DNA from: Treponema sp.
Lineage (GTDB): Bacteria; Spirochaetota; Spirochaetia; Treponematales; Treponemataceae
Direction: 5' to 3'
Length of the DNA: 64,000 nucleotides
NCBI GenBank assembly: GCA_017484285.1
Contig: JAFUTH010000011.1
Coordinates: 3,127-67,126, forward strand
Part shown: piece by piece, positions 56,230 through 64,000 of the stretch
Layout of the letters: the number at the start of each line of letters is the position of its first letter
Numbering within the stretch: position 1 is the first letter of the stretch
Made by a program: the position numbers and the translations under genes
Notes under the pieces: generated by a model
The model's database searches: none
Seen by the model: only the letters and a program-made list of their open reading frames with translations
What the model was told of the DNA's origin: nothing

Positions 56230-58302
56230 TTAATATCCAGAGCCGGTGTAATTACTACTAAAACCACAGTTAGAAACATACACATCAAATCCGACATTTA
56301 CATCCACCGTATCCATGGCAAAGGTTTCAAGATTCATTTTGACCACACGGTTTTTGTTTTTTTTCTCATTGTTTTCTTCATAGCCGCCGTCATCGGCAAT
56401 CACAAGTTCATCAGGCTTTTTTGCGATAAATCGCTTTGCCCCGTAGAAATAATTTGTGTCATTGCCCTCTGTAGGATGGTAGCCATCGTACGCCCAGCCG
56501 TAAATGAGGTTTGTCGATGAACCGTCAAGAGCAACGCAAGTAAGCGTGTGTGTGGTGACACTTCCTGCTGCAGAAGCAGTATTCGTGAATTTGATGATAC
56601 CGCCACGGCTTTCATGCTCATCTGACATAGAATTAAATACATTCTCATTCACCAGCACATACACCGCAGAACGCGCTGAATCTACGATAATGTCAGATAC
56701 GGAAAGGTCGCCAGCCCCATTCAATTGATATTGCCCGTCGGTCACGCCATAAACGCCCAAATCGGTGAGCGTTTTTTCACAACTCGCAACCTGCGTGAGC
56801 GTTGTGCCTGAAATTGAGAATTTTCTGAGATATACGGAATAAGTTCCAGATTCAGAGCCATCTCCACGATACGCCATATAAAGATAAGTTTCGTCCGCGG
56901 CAATTCTTGGATATGGTATTGAACTTAAACTAAATTCTGCACTGGTTTCGTCAACAACAGAAAGTTTTGTGAATGTTCCGTCTTGAGCTTTGAACAGAGC
57001 ATCAGAAGAATAAGAATACGCATACATTGTATCATTATACGAGCAAATGTAGCTCAAATTCCCTGACAGCGTACTGGCTGTATATCCCGACGCAACTGTC
57101 TTACCTTTTGCATAGCCCGCGTAAGTCGGATATTTTACGACTTTGCTTGTCTCACTGCCAGAAGTGTTTTCAAGCGTGTAAATCGCCTGTGTAACCGGGT
57201 CAATCGCAAAATCTGAAATCGTCTTTCCTTCAGCAAGCACAGAGCCGTCGCCGATTTTTACGCCTGTAAGCGTTGCGTCCGCCGAGAATACATTATAGCC
57301 CGCTGACCAAGTTTCATCTTCCTTTGCCCCCTTGTCCCACAGTACAAGCGGATATTCTGCTGAGCCAAGTGAGTCCACCTTCGCATACGAAGTAAGCAAA
57401 TCACTGGTGATGACAAATTGAGTAACAACTCCTCCGTCATCATCTTCAAGGCCATGCAGATACGGGCTTTCGCCATACCAAGTGTCCGTCGTAAAGCCAG
57501 AGAAAACAGGAATAAGTTCCGTGCAAGAATACAGCGTTTCGCCGGCAGAATTCTTAAATGCAAAAAGAACTTCGTATACTCCACTTTTCACCGAACTAAA
57601 AGTGAATGTCGCTTCCCCGTCAGTAAAATCGAGCGTTCCGTCTGTAAGACTTGCAGGGAAAGAATTGTCAGCAGAATCTTTAATCCAAGAATACGCAACA
57701 GAAGAAATTGATTCCGCCTCATTTTTGATTTGAAGCAAGATTGCGCCGCTCACATCCGCATTTGACTGCGGCGTTAAAGTCACTGTTCCACCACGAACGG
57801 TCTGATTCAAAAAATTTCTCTCACTCACCGTAACGGTTGTTGAGCCATTCAGAATAGCCACAGACGAATTTGCATCAGAATCAAGCGCACTCCACAAAGT
57901 GATTTCAATTTCCCATCTTTCTGTCTGATTCAAAGCCACCGAGTATAACAAAGCGGTTTTGTCCACAGAGCCGGTCAAAGGTTCTCCGCTCTCGCGCTCA
58001 TAAGTTGTGCTCCCGTCATCATTTGTAGTTTCCTTCAAGTGATACTCATACACACGATACTCGCTCTCCGTTGCAAAAGAAGAAGTCGCCGAGCGGGCAG
58101 CCGCATTTGCCGAAAGCGAAGACGCGATTTTTGAAGGAAGTGCGTTTCCCACAGAAAGACTACCGCTCACCGTGCAGGTTTGCGCCGCTTCGTTTTGAGA
58201 AGCCGTTTTTTCCGCCACATCAGAGCAGCCCGCAAACACAAGCAAGAATGCGCCCGCAGACAGAGCAAGAATTTGTTTCGCTATAGTTTTCATTGATTTC
58301 AT
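56230..58302 (-). CDS. Large surface lipoprotein with probable C-terminal beta-propeller
   Basis: Lipobox FAGC; ARSAT linker; beta-rich domains; tail FYGAKRFIAKKPDELVIADDG...NKNRVVKMNLE. Confidence 0.8.
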   Translation of the reverse strand: MKSMKTIAKQILALSAGAFLLVFAGCSDVAEKTASQNEAAQTCTVSGSLSVGNALPSKIASSLSANAAARSATSSFATESEYRVYEYHLKETTNDDGSTTYERESGEPLTGSVDKTALLYSVALNQTERWEIEITLWSALDSDANSSVAILNGSTTVTVSERNFLNQTVRGGTVTLTPQSNADVSGAILLQIKNEAESISSVAYSWIKDSADNSFPASLTDGTLDFTDGEATFTFSSVKSGVYEVLFAFKNSAGETLYSCTELIPVFSGFTTDTWYGESPYLHGLEDDDGGVVTQFVITSDLLTSYAKVDSLGSAEYPLVLWDKGAKEDETWSAGYNVFSADATLTGVKIGDGSVLAEGKTISDFAIDPVTQAIYTLENTSGSETSKVVKYPTYAGYAKGKTVASGYTASTLSGNLSYICSYNDTMYAYSYSSDALFKAQDGTFTKLSVVDETSAEFSLSSIPYPRIAADETYLYMAYRGDGSESGTYSVYLRKFSISGTTLTQVASCEKTLTDLGVYGVTDGQYQLNGAGDLSVSDIIVDSARSAVYVLVNENVFNSMSDEHESRGGIIKFTNTASAAGSVTTHTLTCVALDGSSTNLIYGWAYDGYHPTEGNDTNYFYGAKRFIAKKPDELVIADDGGYEENNEKKNKNRVVKMNLETFAMDTVDVNVGFDVYVSNCGFSSNYTGSGY

Positions 58303-58322
58303 AGTGTTCTCCTCCCCCTCGA

Positions 58323-61300
58323 TTAGTTGGTGACAAGGCGGTAATAGTAACCGCTTCCACTAGACGAATTATTATCGCAAGCAGCATTTTGAATTGTTGT
58401 GATTACCGCTTCTGTTGAGCCGCTAACTGGCAAACTTACAATAGTATCAGTTGTTGTAATTGAAGTTGGTGTTTCTGTAATATATCCTTGCCAAGTTGTT
58501 TTTGCATCACTGTCAGTTAATTTATACCAACCAGTCGGCTGGTCAGTGTCAGAGCCAGATTTTCCGCCAATCGTAAAGGTTGTAATTACATTTTCTGATG
58601 TATCCAGTCTTCTGAATGCACTGTATGCAATCGCAATTACGCTTTCAGGAAGTTCCACACTTGTAACCGCTGCTCGGTAGAATGCTTGCGTGTCAATTGA
58701 TTTGAGGGTTGTACCCCAAGTAATTGAAGAAAGGTTTGTCTTATTGTAGAACGCCTGCTGACCTACATGCTCCACACCTGTAAGATTGAGGGAAGTAACA
58801 GTGCTATTTCTGAACGCATAATAATCAACAGTTGTAATTCCTGTATCAGTAAAATCAACTGCTCCTTCTGATGAAAGCCCTATAATAACAGTAGCTCCAC
58901 TGTCAGAACAAACAAAAGTCCCCTTGCCGTCTTTTCCAGTCTTTAGAGAGAAGACACCGCCTTCTGCAACCGTATAAGTTTCGATTTCACAGCCTTCAAA
59001 TGAATCATATTTCAAACTTGTAAGCGATGCTGGAAGTTCAACAGTTTTTAAATAGCTACAGTTATTAAAGCCGTCACTTGCAATACTCGTGACACCCGTC
59101 AAATCAACTGTTGTGATGGAATAGTTGTAAAATTCGTTGGAATATCCGCCAATCGCATACATTTCGATTTCGGATGCATTACCATCATCAGGCGCACCAA
59201 AAGTGATGGATTCAAGTGTTGAAAAGCCAACCAACTGGTATGTTCCGACATGTGCGCCCTTATTAAAGGAAATAGAAGTGAGTGTAGAGTTAGAACTATA
59301 GAATAACGCTTCTGTATTGCTATAGGAAGAAGTTGGTCCGGTGCTGCTCGTTGAATCTTTGAGATACGCATACCCGTTGAACACAATCGTTTGCAAATTG
59401 CAAATTCCGTTTCTGCTTGAACTGCTTCCCGAAATGAATGACTCAAATGTGCTGTAATTATTGCTTGTGACATCAAAAGCGACGGTCAAGTTTGTAACAT
59501 TTGCATTATAAAAAGCTGTTGTGCCAATCGTCGTAGGTAGTGCTTCAAGCGTGAGCGAGGTAATTTCACAGTCTGAGAATGCAGAACCACCAATGCTTGT
59601 GATTGTGCTTCCAATTGTTACGCTCGTTAAGCCCTTTGTGTTTCGGAATGCAGCTTCTTCTATTTCGGTTACATTCGGATAATCGGCTTCAAAATCAAGC
59701 GATTGTCCGCTGAATGAGGCAGGAGCGGCGGCAACAATCTTTGTTTTTGATGTGTCACCTGTCGCAGAAGTTGTAAGCAATGCACCGTCAGAAAGTGTGG
59801 CAAAAACTGTGTTAGAAGAATCAAGCTCAAATTTTTCAAGAGCAGAACAATAATAGAACGCCCCACCCGCAATTGAAGAAACACTCGCAGGAATTGTAAC
59901 CGTAGTGAGTGCCGTACATCTGTCAAAAGCACTTGATTCGAGCGAAGTGATTGTTTGGGGAAGTGCAATGCTTTGTATGTAAGCGCAACTTTCAAAATCA
60001 TCTGTAACAATTTTTGTGACTTCAGTAAGCTCTGACAAATCCAAAGCAACCCCATACATTTTATTGTTATTGATTGTCTCTGAAATATTCTTGAGTGTGC
60101 CCGCTTCTCCGCCAGTTACCGTATCAATTCCCGCGCCTGTAACCTTCACGATTGCAGGAGCATCAAGTTGCTTCATTGCGTTTGCAAGCGTTTCTGCGTA
60201 ATTGGCATCGCTTACATCAATTTCGTAAAATTCTTTATCCTCAACTTGAATATTGAATGTATTAGAGCCTGTGACCGTCGTAGTGCCAGCATCCGCGCTT
60301 GCCGTCACAAGAAGCTGGTAAGTGCCGCCCGTGGCAAGTTTTTCGCCAGTGCCAAGCATTACAAAGCCGTCATCAAGCCACTGCCAGAACTCAGAATCAA
60401 GCACCGCACCGCCATAAAGAAGTTTTGCGGTAATATTAGATGTGTCAATCTGCTCGCCATTAGAATCTGTTGCCGAAATTGCGATAGTTCCAGAGTTCAA
60501 ATAGAGAGAACCGTCCGGCTCTGCCTTGATTGAAATCCGTGAATCATCAATCACGACACCGCCCGCCCCTTGTGGCAGCGAATTGATTTTGTCTAAGTCA
60601 AGCGTGATTGTATTTTCGGTCTTGAAACCATGTATTTTCACAAAATCAGCGATAGTATTCAGAACATTTGTGCCATAAGAATCATAAACCCGGTATTTCA
60701 GAAGATATGTTCCGTTAGGAAGTCCGCTCTTCGCATAATCCGCAGAATAAGCATCAGAATCAGACGTCAGCGTAAGTTCCTCATAATCATATGAGACTTT
60801 TCCGCTTGCGTCTGTCGCAGCAGTCTCGCCCTTACTCTCTAGCGTAAAAAGCCCCGCGTCAATGCGCCTGATTTTGCCAGCCTTGTCTGAATCTGCCGCC
60901 CATTTAAACGTGAGCGCAAGCGAGCCGTTGCCGGCATACGTTGTCGTAAATGAAATTGTCTCCGTTGAAGCGGAAACCTCAAAGGCTTCGAGTGCCGCAG
61001 TCTGTGAAAGATGCTCGGTTGAGTCGGTTGAGGAAGTCCATGTGTAGACTTCGAGCGCGAAATTGTATGTGCCAATCTCAAGTGTAAGCGTGCTTTCTTC
61101 CATGTTGTAAAGCGCGCCCTTTATGATTTTGCTGTTTCCATCCTCATCAGCATCGGTCAGTGCAGTCCATGTTTTTGCAGTCGTGCTTCCGTCAAGATTG
61201 TAGCTTTCATATTTGCCCGAAGTAATATTCAGTTTTTCCGCCGTGAGAATGACTTTTGAGGTGTCAGAGTAATCCATCGCCGTCGGCATGATTGTACGGG

Positions 61301-61419
61301 AAACGTCACTCACCGCAAGAGCGACTGTCACGTGATGAAGAGTCCGCAATGTTGTTGCAGGAAGCGAGGAGCATAAGCAAAATGGAAATTACAGAACAAA
61401 AGGTCAGTTTACTTTTCAT
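58323..61419 (-). pseudogene. BspA-type leucine-rich-repeat surface lipoprotein, frameshifted just after the signal peptide
   Basis: SD AAGGAG + ATG 61419 gives MKSKLTFCSVISILLMLLASC|NNIADSSSRD, ending at TGA 61306-08. The 1008-aa LRR ORF (TIPASVSSIAGGAFYYC-type repeats) is in another frame and has no signal peptide. Confidence 0.75.
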
Positions 61420-61447
61420 GATGTTCTCCTTTTTTATTCACAAAAGC

Positions 61448-61478
61448 GCCTTGCAGCACCAAAAAAGCACGGCAAGGC
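61448..61478 (-). terminator. Weak terminator-like hairpin
   Basis: GCCTTGC/GCAAGGC stem followed by GCTTTT on the minus strand. Confidence 0.35.
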
Positions 61479-61490
61479 AACCACTTTTTT

Positions 61491-64000
61491 TTATTTTGTG
61501 ATGGTAAATGTTGTTTGCGCACTGTAGTGCGCGCCAGAAATTGTGACATCAAGCATGATGTAGTGGATATCCGCGTCAAGCTCAGCAAGATGATACTCTG
61601 TCAGTTCATACGAACTCGTTGTCGCACCATTAAGAGCCTCACCGTCAAGATACCACTGATAGGCATATCCGGCACTGGCACCTGCTGCAGGAACCGCAGT
61701 AAATGTGATTGAGTTTTCTTCCTGCTCCACTGTAACAGTGACGTTCTTCCCCTCATCGGCGAATGAAGTTTCATCAAGCGTTACGCTGATTCCGCTTGTG
61801 GCAGGGTCGTTGCGCTCCGCAGCCGCATAGTAGAAGCCGACGTAGGGGAAGCCGGTGTAGCTTTTATTTGCGGAAACATATCGATCTACGCCACCTTTCG
61901 TACCGTCGTTTTCAACTAAGCTATAGCCTGCTTCTATGAGAGCCGAAATGCGTGATGTGGCACTTTTTTTTACGGTCGCAATCATCGTTTCATCGCCGAT
62001 GGTGTATGAATCAAGGGCAACGACGGTCGTGTATTCGTCATTTATCGTGTTATTGTTATCTTTGTTAAGGAAAATGACCTCGCACGGGATACTGCTTGTC
62101 GTAAGGTTCGTAAAGCTAACTTCGCCTTCCGTAGCGGAGATTTCAGATGGAGAAGTTCCATACGCAAAAGCGAAGGCTGAGATTGTCGTAGAAGAGTTTG
62201 CCGTGCTTCCGTATTCAACAAGCGCGACTGGATAGACCGATGTGCCGTCGCTTGTGAAAGAAGTTGAAGCTTCAATAGTGATTGCACCTGTCGAAGAATC
62301 TACGCTCAAACTGGAATTTCCAGCTCCATAATACTGACCGAGGTAAACAGCAGAACTGTCTTTTAATAGCTTCATGAAATCAACGACACCATACTTGCCT
62401 GACGCAAGAGCCGCGAGCTGGGTTGTCGTAAGAGAACTTGAAGGCACTCCGTAGAACGTGACTTCATACAGAGAAGCACTCGGCACAGTCGAGCCGCTTG
62501 CGTAGCTCAAAGAGATTGTTGTTGCCGGAGTACTGCTGACTATAACCTCACACGTTACTTCAAAAGACAGCTCTGAATCGGATTTTGAGGTTACGGTTAC
62601 CGTGATTATCGCCTCTCCTGAGCCGATACCGGTAATGGTAATTTCGCCGTCAGAGTTTGTGTTGACGATTGCAACGCTTTGCTCGCTTGAAGCGGCAGAG
62701 ATAGAATAATCGCTCGTAAGAGCAGAGCTCGTGCCGTCGGAATACACACCCAGTGCAGTAAGAACGGTTTGTTCGTCGACAGAAAGAGACGCCGAAATCT
62801 GAGAAAGCGTGACCTCGGTAAGGAAGGCTTTTTCTTCTTCCTCCGATCCGCCCTCTGATATGTACGTAAGGTTAAGCGTCAAATTGCCGTCTTCGCCAAA
62901 TTCATAATTGTAGCCATAGTATGTGTAGCCCTCGATTGTTTCCGTACTGAACTGCTCGGCAAAAGGAATAATGCTCAGGTCGGCGACTGTTGTTCCAGTC
63001 TTTTTGAGGTCTTCAACTTCTTCGTAGTCCGTAGCGTTTTCATCGCTCGCCGTGCGATAGTTGACCGTATATGAAATCGGCGTACTGAAATACATCGCGT
63101 ATTCATAAATGTCCTCCTCATCAAAGGCTCCAGAATTCTGGTACTCGTTGTAGAGCAGCCCGTTTTTGTATGTGCCCTTGTAGCCGTCGATGATTTCGAA
63201 GAATTCGGTCCAGCTTGAGAACGTGCCCGTTTCAGTGAGGCTTTCGTCGCATGTGTAGGTGTGTAGCCGTCTTCACGCGTAGAGTCAGCGTCTTGAAGCC
63301 AGAAATAGATTTTGTACGTGTGAGACGTTGTTTCGCCAGATACATTCCATGCCGTCAGCACAAGCGCGATGTTGTTTTCGGTTTCGGAAATTGTAACAAA
63401 ACACTCGCTCACACCGATTGTTTTTTCGCTTCCCGGATGCGCAAGTGCGACCGTGCCGTCTTCGAAATACGCAACGCCGATAAAGCAACGGCTTTCGCCT
63501 GCGCTGACCGCCGTGGTTGTGTCCGTGATGGTGATAGTGCCGTCGCTCGCAATAGAGACCTCATCAGAATCAGCAGAATATGACTGAATGCTGCTGCCAC
63601 TGAGCACGAGACGCTTAATGGCGGCCGCGTTTTCGTCAAAGTCATCCGCAGAGAGAGACAAAATGCTCGCAACCGTTTCCGTGTCGGAAATGCTGTAGAG
63701 CGAAAACGAAGAAAGCGTGCGTGATGCGTTGTCGCTTGAGTCGTAGGTCAGCGTGACAGTGTACGGAATCTCGGTGTCGCTCGGCTCGTCGGGGGCGTCC
63801 GGCTCATCCTCGATTGTTTTGAGACTGATGACCGCAATATTGTCTTCACTTCCGATGGTGACGGTATCTGACGTGCCGGTCATGACGTGCTCTGTCGTGC
63901 CACCTTCATCGAGTATTTTTTTGATTTCAGCGAGTTGTGTTTCATATTCAGTAAGGGATTCTTTAAAGTAGGCAACTTCCTGCTCGTACCACTCGCCCTC
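61491..64000 (-). pseudogene. Large acidic Ig-like (Big_2/PKD-like) surface protein, partial at window end, frameshifted at an (AC)3 run
   Basis: Open from 64000 (EGEWYEQ...) to EDGY. Removing one AC at 63259-64 joins it to YTCDESLTETG...AMYFSTP and the 61491..63095 ORF, which has a Big_2-like domain and a YQWYLDG tail. Confidence 0.75.

Noticed and set aside
61306-61349. Programmed ribosomal frameshift restoring the LRR lipoprotein
   Set aside because: No slippery heptamer or stimulatory structure at the junction.
24-64000. Numerous short antisense or overlapping ORFs in the track (e.g. 24..356, 1790..2137, 9195..10019, 25955..26923, 47938..48762, 54696..55646)
   Set aside because: They are shadows of long, motif-bearing genes on another frame or strand, with no recognisable motifs or initiation signals.
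1-64000. tRNA, rRNA, transposase, integrase or prophage genes
   Set aside because: None recognised. Intergenic spaces are short and explained by promoters, terminators or the repeats listed.

Overview
About 64 kb of chromosome, most likely from a gut or rumen Treponema. This assignment is inferred from spirochaetal lipoboxes, a short AlaRS, a stand-alone groES and the pth/sigma/groES/TPR/nusB/SurA-like/alaS gene order. Core genes are clpP, mazG, pth, recG, yggT, dnaE, groES, nusB, alaS, potABCD and azlCD. Interleaved signalling and envelope modules are: a pseudo-receiver LuxR regulator with a membrane GGDEF protein; a TolC-MFP-RND-PII-like operon; a CHASE2 adenylate cyclase divergent from an exported protein / beta-barrel / soluble FecR-domain / lipoprotein / metallophosphoesterase run; a hybrid kinase phosphorelay; three tandem MCPs; a RelE/Phd toxin-antitoxin pair; and a terminal cluster of large surface proteins, two of them frameshifted. 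The best candidate for an undescribed system is the sigma-independent OM barrel -> FecR -> CHASE2-cyclase trans-envelope cAMP module (8661-15603). Three other patterns were read directly from the sequence. First, 12 operon-leading genes have a -10 box only 5-8 nt before the ATG, implying leaderless mRNAs. Second, heptamer arrays supply stop or start codons at gene junctions. Third, several small structured intergenic elements occur, two sharing CACRGATT...AATCYGTG ends. No rRNA, tRNA, CRISPR array, transposase or integrase was seen. All family assignments are by motif recognition only; no searches were run.
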